The notes beneath the pieces are model-generated. The model saw only the letters and a list, made by a program, of their open reading frames with translations, was not told the origin of the DNA and searched no databases. The translations under genes were made by a program, and so were the position numbers. Positions 47,482 to 56,986 of a DNA stretch of 64,000 nt are shown in pieces (the first letter of the stretch is position 1; every line of letters starts with the position of its first letter). Source of the DNA: an uncultured Gammaproteobacteria bacterium (GTDB lineage Bacteria; Patescibacteriota; Microgenomatia; UBA8517); assembly GCA_964541395.1 (NCBI GenBank), contig CAZIPM010000004.1:1188-65187 (forward strand). Direction: 5' to 3'.

Positions 47482-50400
47482 ATGTCAAAAAATACCACAT
47501 CATTAAAATCTAAAAAATCAGTAAAAAAGAGTAGTAAATTGGAATTTAAAGATTTCACCGCTCCCTCATATGGTGAGATAAAGAATCTGTTAGATAAAAA
47601 ACTGGGAGTTCGACCAAAAAGACCGATAAACCTTCCTGAAGGAGATTGGACAGAACAGGCTTTAAAGGTCTTAAAAGAAAGATATTTGGTTAAAGACAAT
47701 AATTTAAGCCCTATTGAAACTCCCGAAGATATGATTTGGAGAGTTGCTTGGGAAGTGGCTTCTGCTGAAGTTAGATGGGGTGCGGGTAAACGTGAGGTAG
47801 AGAATTACGCCCGTGAGTTTTACAGTTTAATGAATTCACGAAAATTTTTGCCTAACTCACCAACCTTAATGAATGCAGGAACCGGTAACGGTCTTCAGTA
47901 CTCTGCATGCTTTGTTCTACCCGTTGAAGATTCAATGGAAGGAATATTTGATGCTATTAAATACCAGGCAATAATACATAAAACTGGTGGAGGAACAGGT
48001 TTTGCGTATTCAAGACTTCGTGAGAGTGGGTCTATTGTCAAAACTTCATCTGGCACTGCATCTGGTCCAGTTTCTTTTATGAAGATATTCGATGCTGCTA
48101 CAAACGAAGTTAAACAGGGAGGAAAAAGAAGGGGGGCAAATATGGGAATACTTAGAGTAGATCATCCTGATATTCTGGAATTTATCCATTGTAAAGAAGA
48201 AGGAGGAATTACAAACTTCAATATTTCAGTAGCTTTGACGGATTCTTTCATGAAAGCCTATCAGGAAGATAGAGATTATGATCTTATTAGTCCTAAATCA
48301 AGAAAAGTGGTAGGACAACTTAATGCCAAAAAAGTTTTTGATGAGATTGCGGATGGGGCTTGGAGGACAGGAGACCCAGGTTTAATTTTTATAGACAAGA
48401 TCAACAAAAGTACAGCAAATCCGGTTCCAATATTGGGTGATATTGAGGCTACCAACCCATGTGTGACAGGAGATACTCTAGTTTCCACAGATGAAGGTCT
48501 GGTGAGAATGAAGGATGTAGTTGAAAGTCATTTTGAAGGAGGTAAAAGACATGGAGGAAACATGGGGCTAATTATTGATAAAAGAACTCTTAAAATTGAT
48601 GATCTGGGAGTAACTGAAGGGAGAGCATTTAAATTTTTTGATAATGGAATAAAGGATACTTTGAGACTAACTACAAAAATGGGGTTTGAGTTAACAGGAA
48701 CTCTTGATCATAAAGTTCTGACACCAACTGGCTGGGTGGAGTTGAGTGATTTGAAAGAGGGTGGAAAAATTCTTATTCAAAGTGGGAAGGGTAAATTTTC
48801 TAAAAATCTGGAACTTCCATTTAAACCAGCACGCCCATTTTTTCCGAAAAAATGGAGTAAAGAATTGGGGGAGGCATTAGGATGGCTAGTTGGAGACGGT
48901 TGGTTAAGAAATGGAGATAAGAATTGCCGTGTTGGCTGGACTTTTGGTAAAAATGACATTGATAACCTGAAATATTTAAAGAACATTTTGAATAAATGGT
49001 ACGGAAGGAAAATAAATGAAGTCAGACGAGTGAGAAATACTTATCATTTGTCTTACCATGGTAAAGAATTTATCCAATTTTTTGAAAATCTCGGGATAGA
49101 ACCTGTGAAAGCTATTGATAAAAAAGTACCAGAGTTGATTTATTCTGCAACTGAAGATGCAGTTAAAGGCTTTTTAAGAGGACTTTTTACAGCAGATGGG
49201 ACTGTCAATTTCAGAATGGGCTTTAGTTCTTATGTAAGGCTTACAAGTAAATCAAGATTGCTTCTAAAAGGTGTCCAACAACTCTTACTAAATCTAGGTA
49301 TGATTTCACGAATTTATGACAGAAGTCGAAAACCACGAATAGGAGTTTTTGAATATATTAACAAACGGGGGAATAAAAGAAGTTACTCAACTGATGGAGT
49401 CTTGTATGAACTCCAGCTTTCGAAGGAGTCTGTAATGGTATTTCTGTCAGAAATAGGTTTTTTAAATGGGAGTCATAGTAAAGTTATCAAAAAGTTTGGC
49501 ACCAAGGGATATTATAAAGACAGATATGAAGATTATGTTGTAAATGTGGTTCCATCAGGTAAACAAAGAGTATATGATCTTACTGAGGAAAAAAGTTATA
49601 CGTTTATAACAAATGGGGTCGTAAGCTTCGACTGTGGGGAACAACCATTATACCCATTTGATGCTTGTAACTTGGGAAGTATATTTTTAACCTATTTTAT
49701 TAAAGATGGCCTGATTCAATGGGATGAACTTAAAGAAGTTACTAGGCAGTCAGTCAGGTTTTTGGATAATGTAATTGAGGTAAACCCATATCCGCTACAA
49801 CAAATAAGAAACACAGTTTTTGCCATAAGAAGAATTGGACTTGGAATAGGTGGTTGGGCCGACTTGCTACTCGAACTGGGAATCCAATACGATTCCAATG
49901 AAGCATTGGAATTAGGGGATAAATTAATGAAAACCATTCAAGATGAGGCTGTAGCCGAAACTCAAAAATTGGCAAAAATTAGAGGAGCCTTCCCACTTTT
50001 CCAAGGATCTATTTATAAAGACGAAAAACCAAGAAGAAACTCAACAGTTACCACCATTGCCCCCACAGGAACTATTTCAATAATTGCAGGATCTAGTTCG
50101 GGTATTGAACCTTTGTTTGCTGTTGCATTCCAGCACATAGTCAAAGATAAACATTTGGACAGAAGATTAACTTTTGTCAATCCAAAATTTGAACAGATTG
50201 CAAAAGAACAAGGTTTCTGGAGTCAGGAATTAATGAATAAGGTCGGGGAAAAAGGGGTGGTTAGACACATTGAAGAAGTACCTGAAAAAGTCAGAGCCAT
50301 GTTTGGTACTGCTCACGAAATAGATCCCGATTGGCATATTAAAACCCAAGCGGTCTTTCAAAAATATACGGAAAATGCAGTCAGTAAAACTATAAACCTG

Positions 50401-51171
50401 AGGCATGATGTTACAGTAGAAGATGTTAAATCTACTTATCTTCTGGCCTGGAATAGTGGTTGTAAAGGTATAACAATTTTCAGAGATGGTTGCAAAGATG
50501 TCCAGGTATTAAATTTAGGAGTTAATAACGGTGAAGCAAAGAAAGAAACCGTTCCTCAAGAACAGGTGTTTATTCAACCTGAACCCCTAAGACAAAGACC
50601 TTATGTAGTCAAGGGTTCAACTTACAGAATGAATACTCCTATGGGAACGGCATTTATTACCATTAATGAGGATTTTGAAGGTCAACCATTGGAGATATTC
50701 ATAAACGTCGGTAAAGCTGGATCTGATGTCGCTGCTATGGCTGAGGCTTTGGGAAGAACCATCTCAACAACATTGAAATTCAGGGGTAACATATCGGCTA
50801 AAGAAAAAGCCAGAGAAATAGCAGAACAACTTTCAGGTATAGGCGGAAGAAGATCAATCGGTTTTGGGCCTACCAAAATCAGATCATTACCTGATGCGAT
50901 AGCTGGAGCTATTTCCGTTCACTACAACATGGGCATTAACGGTTATCACAACAGCCCTAATATCTTTGGTGAATTAAACACAAAAGATCCCAAAAGTGAA
51001 GTGGTGGCTACAATACCAAGACTTAATGAACAAAAACAGGAAACCTTATTCATGGCAGCTACTATCCCAGTAGAAAGAGCAGGGGACATCTGTCCTTCCT
51101 GTGGTGCTTCTGCCTTAGTTTTTGAAGAAGGTTGTTCCAAATGTCATGCATGCGGGCATAGTGAGTGTTAA
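47482..51171 (+). CDS. nrdJ: ribonucleotide reductase, class II (adenosylcobalamin-dependent, NrdJ-like), intein-containing
   Basis: Conserved NP|CGEQPL thiyl-radical region split by an intein; C-terminal CPSCG...CSKCHACG tail; 838-aa extein. Confidence 0.85.
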   Translation: MSKNTTSLKSKKSVKKSSKLEFKDFTAPSYGEIKNLLDKKLGVRPKRPINLPEGDWTEQALKVLKERYLVKDNNLSPIETPEDMIWRVAWEVASAEVRWGAGKREVENYAREFYSLMNSRKFLPNSPTLMNAGTGNGLQYSACFVLPVEDSMEGIFDAIKYQAIIHKTGGGTGFAYSRLRESGSIVKTSSGTASGPVSFMKIFDAATNEVKQGGKRRGANMGILRVDHPDILEFIHCKEEGGITNFNISVALTDSFMKAYQEDRDYDLISPKSRKVVGQLNAKKVFDEIADGAWRTGDPGLIFIDKINKSTANPVPILGDIEATNPCVTGDTLVSTDEGLVRMKDVVESHFEGGKRHGGNMGLIIDKRTLKIDDLGVTEGRAFKFFDNGIKDTLRLTTKMGFELTGTLDHKVLTPTGWVELSDLKEGGKILIQSGKGKFSKNLELPFKPARPFFPKKWSKELGEALGWLVGDGWLRNGDKNCRVGWTFGKNDIDNLKYLKNILNKWYGRKINEVRRVRNTYHLSYHGKEFIQFFENLGIEPVKAIDKKVPELIYSATEDAVKGFLRGLFTADGTVNFRMGFSSYVRLTSKSRLLLKGVQQLLLNLGMISRIYDRSRKPRIGVFEYINKRGNKRSYSTDGVLYELQLSKESVMVFLSEIGFLNGSHSKVIKKFGTKGYYKDRYEDYVVNVVPSGKQRVYDLTEEKSYTFITNGVVSFDCGEQPLYPFDACNLGSIFLTYFIKDGLIQWDELKEVTRQSVRFLDNVIEVNPYPLQQIRNTVFAIRRIGLGIGGWADLLLELGIQYDSNEALELGDKLMKTIQDEAVAETQKLAKIRGAFPLFQGSIYKDEKPRRNSTVTTIAPTGTISIIAGSSSGIEPLFAVAFQHIVKDKHLDRRLTFVNPKFEQIAKEQGFWSQELMNKVGEKGVVRHIEEVPEKVRAMFGTAHEIDPDWHIKTQAVFQKYTENAVSKTINLRHDVTVEDVKSTYLLAWNSGCKGITIFRDGCKDVQVLNLGVNNGEAKKETVPQEQVFIQPEPLRQRPYVVKGSTYRMNTPMGTAFITINEDFEGQPLEIFINVGKAGSDVAAMAEALGRTISTTLKFRGNISAKEKAREIAEQLSGIGGRRSIGFGPTKIRSLPDAIAGAISVHYNMGINGYHNSPNIFGELNTKDPKSEVVATIPRLNEQKQETLFMAATIPVERAGDICPSCGASALVFEEGCSKCHACGHSEC
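48460..49632 (+). mobile_element. intein (391 aa) with LAGLIDADG-type homing-endonuclease blocks
   Basis: Starts Cys (ATNP|CVTGDTLV); LGWLVGDGW and LRGLFTADGTV dodecapeptide blocks; ends ...VVSFD|CGEQPL. Confidence 0.85.
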
Positions 51172-51257
51172 AAGAAAATGAGTTTAATTATAAACGGAGT
51201 TATATTATCTTCGTGGGATAATACTACAGTATTTAATTGTATATCTTGAAGGAGAAG

Positions 51258-51776
51258 TTATATTTGCCCAACTTTCATAGGACGAAAACTAAGATAAGGT
51301 GGCTGATCTTTGATAGCTTTTTTCGGATAAAACATAACTTTACCCCGTGGTCCGGTTGCTACCCAAAAGCCGTTCGGATATTCATCTAAATGGATTGTTT
51401 GTCCCGAACCGGCAGACAATTGCTGGCTGCGTTTACCCGATCCCCAAATCATAACACTTTTGTCCAGGTTGGTAAGAAATACGTCGTTGGTTATATCCTG
51501 GTCTCTAACACCAAACGACAATGCAAATTCGTTAGGTTGTACTCCCGGGTCTCTCATGTCCGTGCCGTCACTTTCAGTAATTTTAATTAGGAGTGTTACG
51601 GGTGAAAGGAAAGGATGACCTTCATTCTCATCAGGATTGCCTCCATAAATGACCGTTACTCTTCCTCCATATTTTTGAGAGTCTAATGGATATGCCCGTT
51701 TACTGTCCGGCGACAGAACCGGAGTTCTGTATCCTTTAACCTCTAGACGTTTTTCCGTAATATCAACTCTATCCAT
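51258..51776 (-). CDS. hypothetical protein
   Basis: 172-aa beta-rich ORF. Confidence 0.4.
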   Translation of the reverse strand: MDRVDITEKRLEVKGYRTPVLSPDSKRAYPLDSQKYGGRVTVIYGGNPDENEGHPFLSPVTLLIKITESDGTDMRDPGVQPNEFALSFGVRDQDITNDVFLTNLDKSVMIWGSGKRSQQLSAGSGQTIHLDEYPNGFWVATGPRGKVMFYPKKAIKDQPPYLSFRPMKVGQI

Positions 51777-51844
51777 TGCTTTTTATTATATACTTTCTAT
51801 GAAAAATAAAAACGTCAGCATATTATTATCATTTAATACAAGAT

Positions 51845-52336
51845 ATGGCAGTCTATACAAAAACAGGGGATAAAGGAAAAACAGGAACATTTGGTGGCAA
51901 AAGAATTTCCAAAGCTTCACGGCTCATAGCCGCAATTGGAGCTATTGATGAACTTAATTCATACTTGGGGATAATCGGGGGATTGGTAGAAATACAAAGA
52001 AATCTTTTTACTATTAACTCAATGTTGTCTGGTGCAAAACTTGTTTTTCCAAAAGATGCAGTTAAAAAGTTGGAAAAAGAAATTGATGAAATGGAAAGTA
52101 AATTACCTGTTCTTCAAAATTTCATTATTTATGGTGGTGATAAGAAAGCAACTCAGATTTATTATGCCAGGGCACTCACAAGAAGAGCAGAAAGGAGCTT
52201 GGTAGCAATATCCGGAGGAACTCATCCCAACAGAGAAAAGCTGATGTATTTAAACAGACTGTCAGATTACTTATTTATGTTAGCCCGGTATACAAACTTC
52301 AAAAAGAAGGCAAACGAGGTGACATGGAAGAGCTAG
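51845..52336 (+). CDS. PduO-type ATP:cob(I)alamin adenosyltransferase
   Basis: MAVYTKTGDKGKTGTFGGKRISK N-terminal signature. Confidence 0.8.
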   Translation: MAVYTKTGDKGKTGTFGGKRISKASRLIAAIGAIDELNSYLGIIGGLVEIQRNLFTINSMLSGAKLVFPKDAVKKLEKEIDEMESKLPVLQNFIIYGGDKKATQIYYARALTRRAERSLVAISGGTHPNREKLMYLNRLSDYLFMLARYTNFKKKANEVTWKS

Positions 52337-52424
52337 ACTGCTTTTCTATATTTTGAACCAGCATTTGTGTGACGTTTAAACTCAATGCCACATATTCTTT
52401 ACTCACAGCTTTGAATGCTTGTTG

Positions 52425-53030
52425 CTAGGTTTTACCATCCTCTATCTCCTTACCTTTAAACATTGGTAAAATCTCCCTACCTACTATTTGCCCCACATTT
52501 CTTTTTAACTCACTTAACATTTCCTTACTTTTTTCTAACTCGTGAGCCATTACTACCTGATGGTATAAAGCGACATAATGTTGGGGACCATTATAAGGAT
52601 CAAAAATCACGATTTGCGGGTCAATACCAATTTGAGTAGCTACGTCAAGCGAGTCTAGGGCAAGGTACTGCGTTGATACCTCAACTGCTTCGTGTCGTAA
52701 GAATATTTTCCGTACGTCAGCATCTCTTACCAACTCAGTATTTAAAATTATCTTTGCGCCCCTCATGGTGCGTACACCCCAAGCAGGTGTTTGGCAGGCG
52801 CGTTCGATTATCTCATCCTTAAATGTTTCAAAGAATTCAAGGTCTGTTTCTTTTATATAGTCAACAATCTGGTTTTGAGCACCAACCAACGCCTCAGATT
52901 CATACTTCTTAATCCTTTCCAAGTCTACAGGTTTTAAATTAATTACATCTACATGAGCTGGAATTTCCCCAACAGATTGGATTGAGTCTACTTTATCCAT
53001 ATACGTATCAACACATTGTATCAATAACAA
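52425..53030 (-). CDS. hypothetical protein
   Basis: 201-aa ORF; no motif. Confidence 0.4.
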   Translation of the reverse strand: MLLIQCVDTYMDKVDSIQSVGEIPAHVDVINLKPVDLERIKKYESEALVGAQNQIVDYIKETDLEFFETFKDEIIERACQTPAWGVRTMRGAKIILNTELVRDADVRKIFLRHEAVEVSTQYLALDSLDVATQIGIDPQIVIFDPYNGPQHYVALYHQVVMAHELEKSKEMLSELKRNVGQIVGREILPMFKGKEIEDGKT

Positions 53031-53088
53031 CCTAACAAATAAATTGAGATATCAGATAAAAACATAAGTTTGACAAATGTGATGTAAC

Positions 53089-53355
53089 ATGTTACATTTA
53101 GTACATATGTTACTTAATCGAAGAACAAACGTTTTATTTGATGAGATTGATTACACTACCCTTGTTAGAATTTCTAAAAAAGAGGGAAAAACAATAGGGG
53201 AACTTGTACGTCAAGCTGTAAGAAAGACTTATAAAACGAGAAAAAAACTCACAGATAATGAAAAGGCATTTCGTATAATTAAAAAGGTAACACGAGGACT
53301 TGATTTTTCAGGAATTAATTACAAGGAATTGATTAATAATGGGAGAAAAAATTGA
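53089..53355 (+). CDS. ribbon-helix-helix antitoxin-like protein
   Basis: RTNVLFDEIDYTTLVRISKKEGKTIGELVRQAV strand-helix-helix pattern. Confidence 0.45.
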   Translation: MLHLVHMLLNRRTNVLFDEIDYTTLVRISKKEGKTIGELVRQAVRKTYKTRKKLTDNEKAFRIIKKVTRGLDFSGINYKELINNGRKN

Positions 53356-53743
53356 AATCAAGACAATTTTAGTTGACTCTTCGTTTATATTATCAACTTT
53401 ACTGCCAGATGAGACCATACTCGCTCAATTTAAAGAACATATAGATAGCTTTAGGAGGAATGAAGTATTTTTTAAATCTTGTGAGCTTTTAAAATATGAA
53501 ATTTGCAATAGTTTAAAATCTGCTATCCTACAGAAAAGAATCAGTGCTGAAAAGGCAATGATTTTGTATTCAGCCTTTGTATTGATGAAGATTGAATATT
53601 TAGACATAGATTTCAAAAAAACTCTAAATCTTTCAATAAAGCATGATATATCTTTTTACGATGCTACTTATTTATATCTGGCAAAAACATATAAAAGTAA
53701 ATTATTAACTTTAGATAAAAAACTGGCTAAAATTTCTCAATAA
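53339..53743 (+). CDS. PIN-domain toxin (VapC-like)
   Basis: IKTILVDSSF N-terminal Asp and C-terminal FYDATYLYLAKT...LLTLD. Confidence 0.65.
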   Translation: MGEKIEIKTILVDSSFILSTLLPDETILAQFKEHIDSFRRNEVFFKSCELLKYEICNSLKSAILQKRISAEKAMILYSAFVLMKIEYLDIDFKKTLNLSIKHDISFYDATYLYLAKTYKSKLLTLDKKLAKISQ

Positions 53744-53773
53744 TTCATAATAGTAAAAATGCTACAATGAAGT

Positions 53774-54112
53774 ATGGGTATATTTCCTGAAAAAGAACCA
53801 AAACTTAATGTTGTTGAGGAACATGATCAAGAAGCATCAGCTTTAAGTATCGAACATAAAGAAGTACTTACTCCAATACCTACTAATTTTAAAGCACAGG
53901 TTTATGATGACAATGGTAAACCTTTAATTTCAACACCTCAGAGCCAAACAGTAGTTATTACTATTCCTGCTGTAAACGAAGAAGAACTTAAAGCCGATGC
54001 AAAAGGAAATATCGAAGAAACCTGGACTTGGTCGGCAGTCTACTGGATCAGAAGAATTTTAAAGGCCTTACATTTTAGTAAAAAATATGTTTTTAAAGGA
54101 GAAGAAAAATGA
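53774..54112 (+). CDS. hypothetical protein, first gene of ATPase module
   Basis: 112 aa; ATGA-coupled to the large ATPase gene. Confidence 0.4.
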   Translation: MGIFPEKEPKLNVVEEHDQEASALSIEHKEVLTPIPTNFKAQVYDDNGKPLISTPQSQTVVITIPAVNEEELKADAKGNIEETWTWSAVYWIRRILKALHFSKKYVFKGEEK

Positions 54113-56445
54113 TAAATCCAATTTTTCTAGATATAAACACATTAGCCTATCTTTTTATAGGTCTAATTTTCTTTATCTTTTTTTTGGCAATATTAGGTTA
54201 TGCAGGTTTTATCTTATTCAGGTATAGAGGCAGAGAGCTTAGTTCAATTGATTCGGTACTTTTGCAGATTTCAGTTCCCCGTTTAAATGAAATAAAAATT
54301 GATGCCATGGAACAATTGATCTCTTCTTTATACTCCATTAAAAAGGGAGGTTGGAAGCAAAAATTTTCAATTCAGCCCACTATTTCCTTTGAAATTGTAG
54401 CCCGGGCAGAGGATATCAAGTTTTATGTTTGGACACCTGTGGAGTTTAAAGATTTATTGGAAAAGCAAATACATGGTGCTTATTCTGATGCAGAAGTGAT
54501 GGAAGCAGAAGAAGTTAACATCTTTGAATCCGAAGGTAAAGTTGCCTATAAATCATTACAATTGGGAAAAGCCAACTTTTATCCTTTAAAAACTTTTAAA
54601 GATTTGACTACCGATATTTTAGCTTCAGTGACATCCTCAATGGCCAAAATGGGCGCCAATGAATCATCTTTAGTTCAGATTTTAATTTCTCCTGCAGAGT
54701 CTGACTGGCAAAAACAGGGAGGTAAGTTTATCTCCGATACTAAAAAGCAGGAAAGCAGTTCTGAAAGCGCCAAATATTCGGTGTCAGGTAAAACCTTGGA
54801 AGCTGTTGAAAACAAAATCAGTAAACCAGGTTTTGAGACTTCAATCAGATTAGTTGTGGTTGCCCCAACATCTGAGATTGCCAAAATGCATCTAACCAAC
54901 ATAGCTTCATCAATCGGTCAAACATCTGGGGAGCTGAACAATCTTGGTAGCCGAAAAATCTATAACAAATCAAATTTTGTTCATGATGTTTTATACAGAT
55001 ATCATCCGATGTTTAATATCATGAAAAATCACGTTTCAATTTTAAATTCGGAAGAACTGGCAACTATTTTTCATTTTCCAAACAGACAAATAACTACTCC
55101 ACATATTCACTGGTTGCATAGCAAAACAGCACCAGCACCTGCTGAAATACCTGAAGATGGACTCTATATAGGTCATAGCCTTTATAGGGGTGTCAAAAGA
55201 AAAATATGTATGGGGGACGACGACAGAAGAAGACACCTATATATTGTAGGAGCAACAGGAACAGGAAAAACTGAACTACTTAAAAGTATGATCATGCAGG
55301 ATATAAATGCAGGTAAAGGAATTTGTTTTATGGATCCTCATGGTGACGCTGTTGAGGATCTTCTTAAAAGAATCCCTCCCGAAAGAGCAGAAGACGTTAT
55401 TTACTTCAGACCATCAGATACACTCCGTCCGATGGGACTTAACCTCTTGGAGGCGAACACAGAAGACCAGAAACACTTTGTGGCAACCTCAGTCATTAAT
55501 ATGATGTACAAACTGTTTGATCCTTATAAAACAGGTATAGTTGGACCCCGTTTTGAACATGCAGTCCGAAATGCCATGTTGACCGTCATGTGTGAACCGG
55601 GTGCAACGTTTATAGAGGTTATGAGAGCCTTAACTGATGCCAGATATGTTCAGGAACTTCTACCTAAAGTGGATGATCCGATAATAAGACGATACTGGAC
55701 AGACCAAATTGCCCAAACTTCTGATTTTCACAAATCTGAAGTTTTGGATTATATCGTATCTAAATTCGGAAGGTTTGTTACTAATAAAATGATCAGAAAT
55801 ATCATTGGTCAGTCAACCTCATCTTTTTCTTTCAGGGAGGTTATGGATCAAGGCAAAATACTTCTTATCAACCTTGCCAAAGGTGAACTGTCAGAAGAGA
55901 ACTCCAACTTTTTGGGACTCATCTTGGTTCCCCGAATCTTAATGGCAGCTATGAGCCGAACTGATACTCCAGAAGACCAAAGACGTGATTTCTATCTCTA
56001 TGTTGATGAATTTCAAAACTTTGCCACCCCTGACTTTGCAGTTATATTATCAGAGGCCAGAAAGTATAAATTAAATCTGACTGTTGCCAACCAGTTTATA
56101 GGTCAGGTAGAGGAAGAAGTAAAAAATGCAGTTTTTGGTAATGTAGGTACAAAAATATCCTTCAGAGTAGGAGTAACTGATGCAAATTATCTGCAGCACG
56201 AGTTTAGTCCTGTTTTCGGAGAGGATGATCTTTTGAATGTAGAAAGATTTCATGCCTTTGTTAAAACTATAGTTAAAAATCAACCTATGACTCCTTTTTC
56301 CATAGATACTACTTTGGATATAGATAAAATCAAGGCAACCGAGGACTCAAGAGTAGCAGAGATAATTAAAGAAATGAGCCGGCTTAAGCATGGTAGGGAT
56401 GTGAGGCTGGTTGATGCAGAAATAACCAGGCGGGCAAAATTATAA
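54109..56445 (+). CDS. TraD/VirD4-like coupling-protein ATPase (HerA/FtsK-like P-loop) with N-terminal TM hairpin
   Basis: Two N-terminal TM helices; Walker A GATGTGKT; Walker B DFYLYVDEFQNF. Confidence 0.7.
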   Translation: MINPIFLDINTLAYLFIGLIFFIFFLAILGYAGFILFRYRGRELSSIDSVLLQISVPRLNEIKIDAMEQLISSLYSIKKGGWKQKFSIQPTISFEIVARAEDIKFYVWTPVEFKDLLEKQIHGAYSDAEVMEAEEVNIFESEGKVAYKSLQLGKANFYPLKTFKDLTTDILASVTSSMAKMGANESSLVQILISPAESDWQKQGGKFISDTKKQESSSESAKYSVSGKTLEAVENKISKPGFETSIRLVVVAPTSEIAKMHLTNIASSIGQTSGELNNLGSRKIYNKSNFVHDVLYRYHPMFNIMKNHVSILNSEELATIFHFPNRQITTPHIHWLHSKTAPAPAEIPEDGLYIGHSLYRGVKRKICMGDDDRRRHLYIVGATGTGKTELLKSMIMQDINAGKGICFMDPHGDAVEDLLKRIPPERAEDVIYFRPSDTLRPMGLNLLEANTEDQKHFVATSVINMMYKLFDPYKTGIVGPRFEHAVRNAMLTVMCEPGATFIEVMRALTDARYVQELLPKVDDPIIRRYWTDQIAQTSDFHKSEVLDYIVSKFGRFVTNKMIRNIIGQSTSSFSFREVMDQGKILLINLAKGELSEENSNFLGLILVPRILMAAMSRTDTPEDQRRDFYLYVDEFQNFATPDFAVILSEARKYKLNLTVANQFIGQVEEEVKNAVFGNVGTKISFRVGVTDANYLQHEFSPVFGEDDLLNVERFHAFVKTIVKNQPMTPFSIDTTLDIDKIKATEDSRVAEIIKEMSRLKHGRDVRLVDAEITRRAKL

Positions 56446-56470
56446 CTTAGTGATATACTACAGCTAAATT

Positions 56471-56929
56471 ATGGAGTTTTTTAAAGGACGAAGAAATGAT
56501 GAGTGGATAACATTATCATTTCAAGAACAAAAGGATTATGCTCAGGAAGGTTATTTATATACACCATTACTTAGGGAAAAATTTATTAGGATTAGAGATA
56601 GCGGAAAAATAGAAAATGTCACTGTTCGAAGCAGAAATTTCAGCAACGAATTTCATGAATTTAAAGTTGCATCTACGCCGCAAGGCATAAGGATCGGAAT
56701 GGAAGCACGTAGGTATATTAATGGAGTTATCTTGAAAAGTATTGAATATAATGAACCAATCCCACAAAATAAAGGGCAAATATATCTTTACGATCCTTCG
56801 GACGACTGCGCAATTATAATAGACCCTGAAGAATCAAAAGCTTATACGGTTGATAGCTCAGGCCATTTCATAAATTTAGATCTGGAAACAGGATTAGAAT
56901 GGGTCGGTCAAATCTTAAATGAAACGTAA
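56471..56929 (+). CDS. hypothetical protein
   Basis: 152-aa ORF just downstream of the ATPase. Confidence 0.4.
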   Translation: MEFFKGRRNDEWITLSFQEQKDYAQEGYLYTPLLREKFIRIRDSGKIENVTVRSRNFSNEFHEFKVASTPQGIRIGMEARRYINGVILKSIEYNEPIPQNKGQIYLYDPSDDCAIIIDPEESKAYTVDSSGHFINLDLETGLEWVGQILNET

Positions 56930-56986
56930 ATAACGTGCATGTTGTTTTCTTCTCTAATTTAACTTAATATCAGATCACTTACTACC

